This document shows, piece by piece, positions 50,689-64,000 of a DNA stretch of 64,000 nucleotides. How positions within the stretch are numbered: position 1 is the first letter of the stretch; every line of letters begins with the position of its first letter. Source of the DNA: Microbotryum violaceum. Taxonomy: Eukaryota. A model generated the notes under the pieces. That model was not told the DNA's origin. It made no database searches and saw nothing but the letters and a program-made list of their open reading frames with translations. A program made the translations under genes and the position numbers. Location of the stretch: positions 2,914,001-2,978,000 of the forward strand of contig CDLV01000004.1 of the NCBI GenBank assembly GCA_001244265.2. Reading direction: 5' to 3'.

Positions 50689-53290
50689 TCCTTAAAACTT
50701 ATAAAATAAAAAACGTCCTGAGACATAGTCCTTAAAACTTATATAAAATAAAAAAACATCCTGAGACATAGGCAAACCACGTGGCACAAACCACGTTGCA
50801 TGACGTCATAGCAGCTCTCGGTCCAGCGTCCCAGCTAGCTAGCGCTGTTTCAGACCGTTTCGCCTACGTTCGCCTACGTTCGTCGAGCTTCCATTGAATA
50901 GCACGTGACCCTCTGTGTCTCGAAGCAGACTGTTTTGCGTACCACGTCAACGTCAAAGAACGTCAGAGAACGGGAGACAAACCACGTGGCGACAGACCGT
51001 TCCGTCCACGTTCGCCGAGGTTCCAACGTTCGTCGAGGTTCCATTTCCCATCAAAGCAGCTGGGCACGTGACCCTCTGCTTCGGGCTTCACTCCACAATG
51101 TTCCGCAGCCTTCCGCGACATTCTATGAGTCCGGTTTAAACTGAGGCGCAGGCTTCTCCATCTTTCTCCCTCCTGCTCTTCACACCTTACCCATCGCACC
51201 TCATCCCGTCGCCACCTCAAGCTTCCGACATCCGAAGCGGTTGCCGTGGAAGCTCTGCAACGAATACGGAATCAAGAAATGGCTGCAAGCAACATAGCTA
51301 CGAATTCGAGTAAGTAACTTCATGGATTGTGCTCTTGCTGTGTTGTTCAGAAGCTAATGGAAAACTACCAAGCAGAAATTCCATTCAACACTTCCTCTTC
51401 GAGGAGTGTCAACCCTCGAGTTGTTTCTTCACCTTCAGCTGGTGACATTGCATACGTGGGTCCTCCCTTGACATGGCTGTGCAGTCTTAGATATGACGGA
51501 AAAACTGACACCAAAAACAGACATTGAACGTCAGTGAAACAGCGGAAGGATTGACTTTGTACGGTTGAAGATCCGCCGGGTCATTGGGACACTAAATGTG
51601 AGTCTTCACTGCCATTGCTACAGATGGACAACAGCGAGAATACTGATAGTTGTAACGAATCATGCCAGAAAACAGGCTCTGGTCGCGTGACTTGCGGCTC
51701 ACCATCCCGTGGCAGGTCCTCAATGTCTCGGTTCGGTGGGGTGACCATCACGTTGGCAGGTGTGTGCGAAACTTTCAAAAGCAAAACGCAGGGCAGCATG
51801 ACTAATGACCGGTTCGACTGTAACAGCACAGGGGATCCGAAGCAATGTCTTTCCGTTATTCCACGGCTCGGTTCGGTGTAGTGACCGTCGTGTTGGCAGG
51901 TATGTGCCAATATTTCAAAAGCAAGGCGCAGGGCAGCATGACTGACTGACTGGTTGGACTGTAACATCGACTGTAACATCACAGGGGATCCGAAGCAATG
52001 CCATCCCGTTATTCCATGGCTCGGTTTGGTGGGGTGACCATCGCGTTGGCAGGTGTGTGCCAATCTTTCAGAAGCAAAACGCAGGGCAGCATGCTTAACT
52101 GACCGGTTGGACTGTAACATCACAGGGGATCCGAAGCAATGCCTTCCCGTCACCCTCAACGGCTCGGTTCGGTGGAGTGACCGTCATGTTGGCAGGTATG
52201 TGCCAATCTTTCAAAAGCAAAGCGCAGGGCAGCATGACTAATGACCGGTTGGACTGTAACATCACAGGACATCCGAAGCAATGCCTTCCCGTTATTCCAC
52301 GGCTCGGTTCAGTGGAGTGACCGTCGTGTTGGCAGGTATGTGCCAATCTTTCAAGAGCAAAGTGCAGGGCAGCATGTTTAACTGACCGGTTCGACTGTAA
52401 CATCACAGAGGAACCGAAGCAATGCCTTCCCATTATTCCCAAGTCATCGCCTGCACAAATCGTCGATGCTCGCATCATGAATGCTGACTTCTGCGGGGAT
52501 CTCTCTGTAATGAGTAGTCCTCGCCTTACCTTTAGACCCTATACTAACAACGGCACGGTGCGAGCGCAGACCAACAATGCGTCTTCTGGCTTCCGGCCGC
52601 TGCACACCGCATGACCGAAACGGAACAGGCAAAGGCACAGCCCTTTGCAGATTGGCTCTTCGTAGTTGGAGACGGGTCGGCGAACGAAACAGAAGACTAT
52701 CGCGCTCCCACGTGAGCTTCTCCTGCCGGCGACCACGAGGAACAGCTCCGGGTTGATCAGACACGTTTATCCCGTCCCCGCCCTCGCACTGGACAATATG
52801 TCGATAGGCGAAAAAGTCGAATACTTCCGAGAGCGAGCAAAATTGGCGCCCAAAACTTCGCAGGTGGATCACATCAAACGACATGGTGCTCGACCTGCTG
52901 CCCGGTGACGCTCAAACCTTCTACAGCGCGGATTCGGACGCCTTCGTCACGGTGGATGTCGCCGCACAGTCACCGATTGCACTGCGTCCACTGCCGGAGG
53001 ATCAACTTCCTCCAATGGATCCACCACCTGTGAACGCTGCGATCTCTCGAAGGTCTCAAGGTCAGCAAAGACGTCGTCAACGGGCTTGAGCGAGAGCGTT
53101 CCGTTCCGGTCCGGCACAGTTTTCCGCCCGACCCTTCCCTTTGCCAAATCACGACAAATCAGTCCACCTCCAGGAGATCAGGGCAAAATGATTGCGCATA
53201 GATGAACGCAGCGTAGAACCGTAGCCATCTGCTAACAGAACTGCTGATTCTCAATGTGAGGTGGCGCGCGGAGCGCGCCGCCGAACCTAG
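50689..53290 (+). mobile_element. Complete non-autonomous Helitron (~2.6 kb)
   Basis: A|TCCTTAAAAC 5' end (first ~40 bp duplicated); 3' hairpin GGCGCGC-GGA-GCGCGCC then CTAG|T; helicase relics ([32 protein letters not shown]). About 50760-52455 is a near-identical inverted copy of about 16555-18250. Confidence 0.9.
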
Positions 53291-53302
53291 TAGTAGTAGT
53301 AG

Positions 53303-53397
53303 TATAATAAAATAGGCCGTCGAGACAAAGAACGTTCTAGAACGAGACAAACCACGTGGCGTGACGTCATGGCGCGCTAAGCGCGCCACCGCACTAG
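53303..53397 (+). mobile_element. ~95-bp mini-Helitron
   Basis: Helitron head sequence (TATAATAAAATA...GAGACAAACCACGTGGCGTGACGTCAT) fused directly to hairpin GGCGCGC-TAA-GCGCGCC and CTAG|T. Confidence 0.7.
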
Positions 53398-53665
53398 TTT
53401 GGCTGGGTTAGACCTGCCGATCTGGGCACTTCTGGGCAGCCCGCAGCGCCAGCTCCCGCCAGCTCCGCAGATACATGCACCGAAGCTCCGTCTTCTCCCG
53501 CTCTCGCAGCCTCGCGAGTTTCGCCACCCTTCCTCGCTAGCACTGCAGGTGGGTACGACGGTTCTTGCCTCTGACTGCTTTCCCGTTAAGTTCGGCCCAG
53601 AGGTTAATGTGGGAGTCGGAGTCGTACAGTTCCCCGCCTGCAGCCTTCAGCTGCACTCGATCGAC

Positions 53666-54388
53666 ATGGCGACTGACAATACATCGTCGAGCTCGCCTTA
53701 CGCTGCGACGCTCATCTCGGCTTCGTTCACGTCCGGGCAGCCGATCCTACGCTTCGGCTCGTTCACCCTCAAGTCCGGTCGTCAATCGCCTTATTTCTTC
53801 AACTTCGGCTTGTTCAACACGGGGGCCTTGCTGCTGTCTCTCTCTGGCGCGTTTGCGGATGCGATCATCGCTGCTTTTCCGTCAATCGGTCTTACACCCG
53901 CTGCACCCGCTGCATCCGGCTCGCTCGACAACAACACTCCGCAGGTTCTGTTCGGTCCAGCTTACAAGGGTATCCCACTCGTGGCGGCCATCTCGACCGA
54001 GCTCGCCCGTCGGGGTCGCGACATCGGGTATTCGTACAATCGCAAGGAGGCCAAGACGCACGGTGAAGGTGGATCAATCGTCGGCGCCGATCTCAGGGGC
54101 AAGCGTGTGCTCATCATTGACGATGTGATCACTGCGGGAACGGCCATTCGCCAAGCACACCAGATAGTCGTGGCTGAGCAAGGCCACACCGTCGGGATCT
54201 TCGAGGCCCTTGACCGCGAAGAACGCGGCGCCGGCTTTCTTAGCACGGTGCAAGAGATCGAACAGGAGCTCGGTCTTCCTGTGTTCAGTGTCGTAAAGAT
54301 GCGTGACATCGTTGCATGGCTGGACGCGCAACATCGTGACGCAGAAAAACTGACCATGGAGGCGTATCGTCGGGAGTACGGCGTCTGA
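53666..54388 (+). CDS. URA5: Orotate phosphoribosyltransferase (240 aa, no intron seen)
   Basis: LRFGSFTLKSGRQSPYFFNFGLF, LFGPAYKGIPL, YNRKEAKTHGEGG and PRPP-binding motif VLIIDDVITAGTA. First ATG at 53666 chosen over the TTG of the ORF track. Confidence 0.96.
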   Translation: MATDNTSSSSPYAATLISASFTSGQPILRFGSFTLKSGRQSPYFFNFGLFNTGALLLSLSGAFADAIIAAFPSIGLTPAAPAASGSLDNNTPQVLFGPAYKGIPLVAAISTELARRGRDIGYSYNRKEAKTHGEGGSIVGADLRGKRVLIIDDVITAGTAIRQAHQIVVAEQGHTVGIFEALDREERGAGFLSTVQEIEQELGLPVFSVVKMRDIVAWLDAQHRDAEKLTMEAYRREYGV

Positions 54389-54589
54389 CGTATCCCCCTT
54401 GTAGCTGCTGTGTCAATGCAATTGAGTACAAATCAATCATACACATGCTGCTAGTGCACTGTGGAAATTTCACTGTACCCCATAATGGAGCTGGGCAGTC
54501 GATTGACATTTAGTTAATACCAGTGGGAACCCGTTAAATTAACGGGAGGATGAAATTCAAATAGCAGGATAATTGTACAGTCTACGTGA

Positions 54590-57401
54590 TTTCAGGTTCA
54601 AAAACCAATACGAAGAAGAAACAAAATCCATTCATCCTACATTCATCGCCAAAACAGCCTGCATGTCGCTTGCTGCCAGACTTGGCTTCAAACACTCGTG
54701 CAATGAGATCCGGACGGTTGCATGCTTTGTCGTTCGGCCCCAGCGCAGCCTTGGTTTGCGGTGATTCAGGAGCGCACGTCATCGTGATGAGCAGCGGAGG
54801 CTTTCCATGTTTGACAACGCACGTCATCGCATCCTGGTATCGCTGCATGATGTCGCACGGTCTATTCTTGAACATCGAGCCCAAAGTCATCGAGCGTCCA
54901 ATTTGGTCCGGGTTAAGCCGTTGATGCCTTGGGTCGTGGTGAGGCGTAGGTTTTCTTAATGCAACTGGATGTAGTTGAGTCGATCGGTCTCAGCCTGGGA
55001 GTATCTTTCGATCACGAACGCCGGGAAGGGACGTTGAGTGCCATGCGGGCTTGTCCCGTTTGTGCAAGTAGAACGCAAAGGATTTGTGAACGCGAGACTC
55101 ACCACCTTGACCCCCTTTACTTGACCTTCGTCGTAGGTGTTCAAACATTCAATATCAGTCTGTGCTCGCGCCTTAACAGAATGGAACACCCGAGGAGGAG
55201 CCAAAGATGCTTATGTTCACCATCACCGTTCTCTTCGTCCCCTTCCTCCTCGTCCTCACCTTCTTTGTTGCGGTCTTTTGGCGAAGAGTGGCCCAACTCG
55301 ATCGAACCGCAAAGAGGAATGTTGGGGTGGAAGTCATCTTCTCCTGCAGGGAATAGGAGTGGGTAACGGAGAGGCGTCGCAGACGAATGGAGCGAGCTGA
55401 CAACTTGGTCCTTGGGCCGACCATCGGGACATCGATCACCGTGCACCTGGAGAATAAGGTCTTGCGGTCCACGATCTCCCGTGTTGGTGTCGGAATCGCA
55501 GATAAGCATCGCCATTTCCGTGCTCGACGTAGGAGGGTTGTGGGTGCGTCGGTCCTGGCTTGGCGGGAGGCAGAGGCGCAGGATCCACTCTTTGGCCGTA
55601 TCCCAACCTGCACGAGCTTGGTCAATGCAAACAGGCTCACAAAGCGATTGTTGGTACCAACTTGAACTCGAGCTTGGTCAACGTAGATCCTTGTATGCGA
55701 CTGTCTGGGCTGTCGGGTCCAAGTAGAGTGTCGGTGGCCTGGCCGGGTCGATGAGCCATGTTTGGGCAAAGGCTGGGCGTAGATCCACGGCAGGGATCAG
55801 GGCGCTAAGTCGATGACAGCGGCGACCGAAGACGCGAAACACGGGTAGTCCTAGAGTGCCCAGCCGTGTCTGGTCGAAGTGAAAGACGGCGCGTTGTTGT
55901 GCGACCGGGCGTTTTCGCGGAATGCTTGAGCTCCTGTGTAGGTGGGTTGCACAGTTCAGCATGCGGGTCTACTGTAGACGGATGTTGTTGGACGGAGCAA
56001 CTGACCGCTACCCTTCAAGTAGCTGTCAATACTCGCGATTGGGCCGGAGAGAGGAGGTAGCTGCACCTTACCCTGCGAGCAGCACGTGCTGAAGTGTCCG
56101 GTCGACTTCGACCTTTCGCACTCCCAGTGTCGAGTCTTGAAGTGGATACACACGGCCATCTGGGGCCGAGGTAGTCGCGGATGGGAACGTGGCGCTTGAG
56201 TGGTTTGAGCGGGGTTCGAGGCCTGTGCACTTGCTCTGCGCAGGAAGAGGTGGTGGTGGGGCGAGCTCAGCGTCGGATCGGCCATCGGGCCCTCGCGCTG
56301 ACCACGCTGTCCGTTCTACAAAGCTGTACGGCTGACGCTTATACGGGTCGCAATACCAAGATCGGTTGGTTATTGTCATTACGCGCGGGGAGCTGATTCT
56401 GTTGATCGGAGCGGGACGAAAAGAGGAGAGGAGATGAGCGGGGCGCCCAGCGGGTTCATGGTCTCCCCATGTTCCCGCGGTACGCGAAAATTAGAGAGAG
56501 TAGCGCGGGAGTATTCACAGGTCACAGCGCCTGGGACCTCATGTTGTTGTTGAGCCCCTAAAACCGGTATCGGGATGCCAGAAATATATCACGTGATCGA
56601 CGGGGCATCGCGCAGCTTATTAGTGGCGCCCGCGTCCGCGCGTCAACGACAGCGAGACCACGCCTGAGCTCTGTAGAGGAAGTGTCATGCAAACCCACGC
56701 GCTTGCTATACATTAAATCCCACACAAACTGCTCAATAGTTGGGCACCCCGCCAAAAATCAACGAAAATTTTCCTCGGACTGTAGCTCGACTTTTATGAT
56801 GCAGAAAATGCGAAAAAGGGTCGTACATGACTTCTGGTCGCGACGCCAATATCACAGGCAGATGCGGCACACGCAATACTGTACTGGTACAGTCACTATA
56901 GGCGGCCCTCTGGGCCGCAACACAGTCAAAAACAGCGATTTTAGGTACATGGTCGCGGATCGACACTCTTTTTTTACTAGTTAGGGGTAAGGGTAATCAG
57001 CCTCGCGGGCGCGCTCAGGTCGCTCACGTTGCCGACGTGTTTGCTGCCCCAGTGAAAATGAAGACTGTCTGTACGTGAATGTTTGCAGATAATACAGTTA
57101 GAGGGACTGGATGATTGAAGGAACTATGCTACGATATATTAGACACGCAAAACAGATTGTCTCAATGTGCTTCGGGAAGCAGAGGGCAATGTGCCAGACT
57201 GCTTTGATGGGAAATGGAACGTCGGCGAACGTTGGAACCTCGGCGAAGGTAGACGAAGCGGTCTCGCCGATGCTGAAACAGCGCTAGCTAACTGCGACGT
57301 GCTGGACCGAGAGCTGCCGATGATGTCACGCCACGTGGTTTGTCTTTTGTTCTTTGACGTTCTTTGTCTAGACAACAGTCGGTTTTAGAGTTTAGTAGGA
57401 C

Positions 57402-57410
<9 letters not shown>
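54590..57410 (-). mobile_element. Degenerate autonomous-type Helitron, 5' portion with Rep domain relics
   Basis: FSTCCSQGKVQLPP, LRYPLLFPAGE, ETDRLNYI and YQDAMTCVVKHGKPPLLITMTC...RPDLIARVF. Head repeat at ~57140-57410 is related to 17930-18270. Confidence 0.85.
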
Positions 57411-59403
<1,993 letters not shown>

Positions 59404-59997
59404 CCTTTTACGACTTGCTTCTAGTCTAGTGGTCAAGAATGACAGATTGTATTTTATGCACATCAGAGGCGCATACCTTACATTTGGGATCCACCTCGGG
59501 CAGACATAAAAAATACGCCTAAACAGGCGCGCGCGCAGCGCCCCCTCACGTGCCTTCCAAGTCACTGCCCCAGCGGGGTGCAGCCTTGCTACCCCAGGGC
59601 GCCGACTTGGCCCAGGTTACACCCAACTCTCTGCTTCGAGTCGATTCTGTGTACACACAACACTCTCACATCTGCTAGATTAATTAGGAAAGTGGTTAGT
59701 AGATGCATTCCTTCCTTCATAGTTTTCACGCATCTTTCGGATGTTGTCAATGTCACGTGTCCAAAGCTGTCGCGCGGGATTTCGGTCCCGAGATCGAAGG
59801 GTCCGAGCACACGCGTTGGCGGCAGTCGGCAGTCGGCTACGCGCGCCGAGGCCTAGCGCAACACGCGAGGACCTTCCACTTGACTCGCCGCCTCACCTCG
59901 TTGCTTTCGCTACAGCTCCTTGTAGCGTCGCCATCGACTGTACAGGCCCCACGGCTCGCGTTCGTCCTCTTGCTCATGCACTTGACTCGGCATCGCC

Positions 59998-62900
59998 ATG
60001 CCGCCGAAGAGAAGATACAAGTCCAAACCGTCGGTCTACAAATTGCAGGTCACCTTCTGTGCTTCCGAGTCGCGGTGTGCTACGGACGTCGAACGCTTGG
60101 CCCAACTAGGGTTCATCTCTTCGACCGCTTCAATGCCGATGACCACCTTCTCATTTCGACTGGTCGAGCAGGCCCACGCGAGCTGGAAGGTCAGCCCCCG
60201 CGCCATCACCGGCTATGCGGACGGCCTCAAAGAGTATATTACTCCCGTTGTGGGTGGGGTCGGGGTCACTATACGGGACATTCTTGGGTGAGTTTGGACG
60301 CCGCCATCGTCTCATGGGCACATGCTTAAAGCCTGCCTTCCGCGCATACAGGACAAAGACCTTCGGAAGCAACGCGATCGACGAGTACCGCGCTCTCGAA
60401 ACATGCGAGGAGGACAGCGGGGACCTTCTCGCAGGCACCGTCGATTCGTTCCAACAAGTGTCCCGCGTGCTTCGGGCCAACGTGACTTAATCAACCTTGT
60501 CACGACGTCACATTGGATTGCGTGCTTGCATACGACGGCAACTTTCAGCAAACGCGTGAGAAAAACTCGAACCACGACCAGATTGTTCCGGACATTTTCT
60601 TGGCTGAGGAAGAGGTTCAGGCGATGAAGGCCGAGGTTGAAGCTTCGGTGCGACCGACCAAAAAAGTGAGTAATGCCGCTCTTTGCATTTGCCTTAATGG
60701 GATCGCTTACCTCTACACCCACCCACCGTCATAGGCGTGCACAGAGTCGTGGAAGGCTGCCGACGACGGAGCTGGCTCAACCTCGTCACGAGTAGTCGAC
60801 ACCGGACTCGTTGCCTGCGTATACCGTCATGACGTGAACCTGAAAATGGTCAATCTTGAGAGGTCTGGTGAAAAGTAAGCGCGGAGCTGTCTGGCGAGAC
60901 TTAGTCGCTTCCGCTTTCCTCTCGAATCCCAGTACTAATGCGCAGATTCCCCTCCGACCACTCAGATTGTACTATGCGCTTGCCATCCTCAAGCACATTT
61001 CAGAGCGCCTTCCTGAACACGCCAAGATCGGAGTCTTATACGACATTGCTTGTAACTTCAAGCACCACATTGAAAAGGTTCGCATCGATTACGACGGGTC
61101 CCTTCCTCCTCAATTTCGTTGGCACTGACCAAATGCGCCTACTTTATCATTTGTCACCAGAGGCAGCTCCTGCCAAAGCTTTTCAAGCGACTGGAGTTCG
61201 CCACGAGCGTCTTCCATGCATACGCCCATATCTGGTCCTGCCAAGTCGAGTTCAACCCGCGCCTCATTCCGAACTTCGGGCTGACTGATGGAGAGGGCTG
61301 TGAGCGATTGTGGAGCGGGCTACGGTCGCTCATTCCCATCAACCGCCCCTCGAACAAGTCCCATCGCTTCGTCAACCTGGCGGTCCGTATCCAAGCACTG
61401 AATGACGCGACCGTCAACAAGCTGGGTAAGCCGCACCTGGATCGCAATTATCTCAATCACAATGCTGACACTCGATATGTTTTATTTAGGGGCCTGGTTC
61501 TATCGTCGCTACCATGAGGCAAACGACAAGGGTGTCGCTGCTGAGGAAGAGCTTAATAGCATCATTGCCTACGATTCGAGGTTGACCGAAGATGCGCTCC
61601 GCCGCGAGTGGGAAGAACAGCGACTGGCGCAAGTGCCAAAGACAGCTGCGCAGCAATCGGAGGCGGATCGCCTGAGGGAGAGCGACCTCTATGGACTTGT
61701 GGAGAGCCTCTACAAGATTGAGTCGCGAATGTACGTAGATCATCTGGCCAGGCCGTCGCTCACTGTCTATGATTCTGACTTGCTGGGCTTTTGCAAAGGG
61801 ATACCAAAGAGCCCGATTCAGACGTCTTGGAATCGCTAAGCGCCAAACGCCGCAGCCTCGGGATGGACATCGATCGAGCGGCAATGGCACAGGCTCGTTA
61901 TGTCACGGGCCTCTCGTCCAGAGGTCAGTTAATGTGTGTTGCTCACATGATTGCTGTAGCTTGCACTGATAGCTTAGGTGCTGTGCAGAACTTCGACATC
62001 TGTTCCAGTGCTCTGTGGCGTTGCGCAAATTTCATCTCGAGGTGATTGCCTACAAAACCAGTCGGGAGAAGCTACTTTCGACGGGTCGTGGCAAGGGAGG
62101 TGCAAAGCTAGGTCAACGAGCGGTCAGCAAAGCTCGTGCTACAGACGGCAAGATTTATTCTGGCGCGGAAAAGGCTCGCAAGACGTACAAGAAGGCCGTT
62201 GAGGCCTTCCGTCTCGCGATGGGATCAACACCTTCGAGCCTACTCAACAATCTCAGGATTTCCGACAGCTTGAAGTCTGCGATCGACCTCGATGAGACGG
62301 ACCCGTTCTGGCAGGACGGCTTTTTCACGCACGTTGAAGCTGCTTGGGCTGTCAATCCTTGGGTCAAGCGAGGAGTAACAGCTGTGCGCGCCAAGGATCG
62401 AGTCGGTGAGGAGAAAGCGCGGATCGGCGCCGAGGTGCGGCAAGCTTTGGCTTGGCTCGAAGATGAGAAAAATCGTCTCACTAATTGCCAGACACTTTGG
62501 ACTAACGTGTCGGGTAAGTTTTCGACACGGCGTGCTCCATATCACCTCTTAGGTCGCCCTAACATCTTTCAAACCATCTCAACAGATACCCTTCCTGAAT
62601 CCATCGACCCAGCTGATGCCAAGTCCATATTCGGCACTGAAGATGTTGAAGAGATCCGAGGCCGCGCGCTCATCCTACTAGATCGCCGGATGGAGCTTCT
62701 GCAGCTGCGCGAATGTTCTTGGTCCCAGAACAACTATTTCTTCGATGTTTGGCTCAAGACTCGCGGGCAGTCAGAGGGCCATTCCGAGCCCATGCCTCCT
62801 GCACTGTCAGAACTTCGTGGTTTACATCAACGATTGAACGCAACGGGAAGAGCTGTCAAGAAGGCAAAACATCACGAGCGACCTGTACATAATCGATCCA

Positions 62901-63151
62901 GAACACGCGGTACTATGGAGAGATCTGGCCTCGACGACTCGGCGGGGCCTCCACCGCTGGCCCGTGACGTTCAGCAAGTGCGGGCCATTGAGGCACAAAT
63001 GGATATGAGCGACGGGGCTGAACTCGCAAAGGAGGTAGGGCCTCTCTCCGCACAACTCCTCGAGCAGGACGGTGAGATGGGCAGCTCTTCAAATAAAAGC
63101 TACGGCGATGACTTCGCTGGTCAGGAAGACGAATACTTCTCGGACGTTTAG
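59998..63151 (+). mobile_element. KDZ (Kyakuja-Dileera-Zisupton) transposase gene with CxC-type N-terminus, multi-intron, possibly frameshifted
   Basis: LAQLGFISST...FSFRL, KCPACFG (~60460), LAYDGNFQ, TGLVACVYRHD, SGEK, VLYDIACNF, VFHAYAHIWSCQ and FGLTDGEGCERLWS. Exon boundaries not fully resolved. Confidence 0.87.
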
Positions 63152-63321
63152 ACCAGCTTTGTAAATTGAATTAGTGAAGCAACTTAATGTTGAAACAATG
63201 GAAATGGTGTTTGCAAACTATAGTCGTCTCAATTGCGGTGGGTGAGAGTAATAACACCGTCTTCTAGGAAGAAATATTGTCAGACCTAATCTCTGGGCTG
63301 CGCCTGCCTTACTAGGCTCCT

Positions 63322-63865
63322 GCCGGGTGACTTGCCGGGTGACTTGCCGGGTGACTTTTCAATCAAAGCGCATGCAATTGCTCGAGTACCTAGAATGTCT
63401 ACCACGTGAAAATGGGTGAGTGGGTTCTATCACTATAGAGAATGTATCTCTTACCCTCGGACAGGGTTGAATAGCAAAGTTGGCATGTGCGTGCAAGCCC
63501 TTCTTCCGAACAAGATGGCTCGGCGGTTTCCCTTACCAGTGCCGGGTGACTGTCCAATCAAAGCGCATGCAACTGCTCGAGTACCTAGAATGCCTTCCAC
63601 GTGAAAATGGGTGAGGGGGTTTGATCAATATAGAGAATGTATCTCCTACCTTCGGACAGGGTTGAATAGCAAAGTTGGCATGTGCGTGCAAGCCCTTCTT
63701 CCGAACAAGATGGCTCGGCGGTTTCCCTTACCAGTGCCGAAGGTCATTTCAGTCAAAACACATGCAACTGCTCGAGTACCTAGAAAGTCTACCCCGTGAA
63801 GATGGGTGAGTGGGTTCGATCATTACAGAGAATGTATCTTCTTCCGAACAAGACGGCTGGGCGGC
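63322..63865. repeat. 12-bp x3 repeat (GCCGGGTGACTT) leading into a 195-bp tandem repeat (~2.7 units)
   Basis: Units start near 63346, 63541 and 63736; ORF-track translations 63416 and 63611 are offset by 195. Confidence 0.9.
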
Positions 63866-64000
63866 TCACTCTCTCTGAGAATTCCCGCTCGAAGGACTCG
63901 ACTTTCTGCCATGTCGCGGCCAAAGAACCTTTGCACCAATCCCCATCCCTGCTACTGAGACTTGCGCCTGTTTTAAGAAAAGCTTGGTGTCAACAAGTCT

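Noticed and set aside
53399-53665. 89-aa N-terminal extension of URA5 from a TTG start
   Set aside because: A non-ATG start abutting a Helitron end, with no OPRT-like sequence before ATG 53666.
56555-56993. CCCCTAA...TTAGGGG pair and telomere-like TTAGGGGTAAGGG as a MITE or telomere-healing scar
   Set aside because: The inverted match is only 7 bp, there is no TSD and no tandem telomeric array; could be chance.

Overview
This is eukaryotic (fungal) DNA with spliceosomal introns. I infer it is the pheromone-receptor (P/R) mating-type region of a Pucciniomycotina basidiomycete, probably Microbotryum-like. Only three intact host genes are supportable: ASF1 (18942-20106 +, 5 exons), an STE3 pheromone receptor (21621-20160 -, 5 exons, 374 aa) and URA5 (53666-54388 +). 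There is also one tRNA-like cloverleaf with an aberrant anticodon loop (50581-50652). Nearly everything else is nested transposable elements: five Copia families (six copies or fragments plus a solo LTR), one Gypsy, two L1/Tx1-like LINE fragments, several Helitrons, two AcademH-like elements joined end to end, a KDZ transposase, a Dada-like relic, a pogo end and an unclassified long-TIR element. The most unusual observations are: (1) a Copia family split between integrase and RT by the same CCC-TAG 'shifty stop' in both copies, a candidate programmed +1 frameshift; (2) a Copia family whose LTRs end AG...TT rather than TG...CA, shown by two independent TSDs; (3) Helitrons that appear to stack into their own termini, leaving stuttered 5' and 3' ends and a ~100-bp mini-element; (4) a satellite built from a whole intron plus exon flanks; (5) near-identical inverted Helitrons bracketing the receptor locus, with an AcademH-like end only 137 bp from the STE3 start codon. 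All coordinates and alignments were read by eye and no searches were run. Some single-base frameshifts may be long-read errors.
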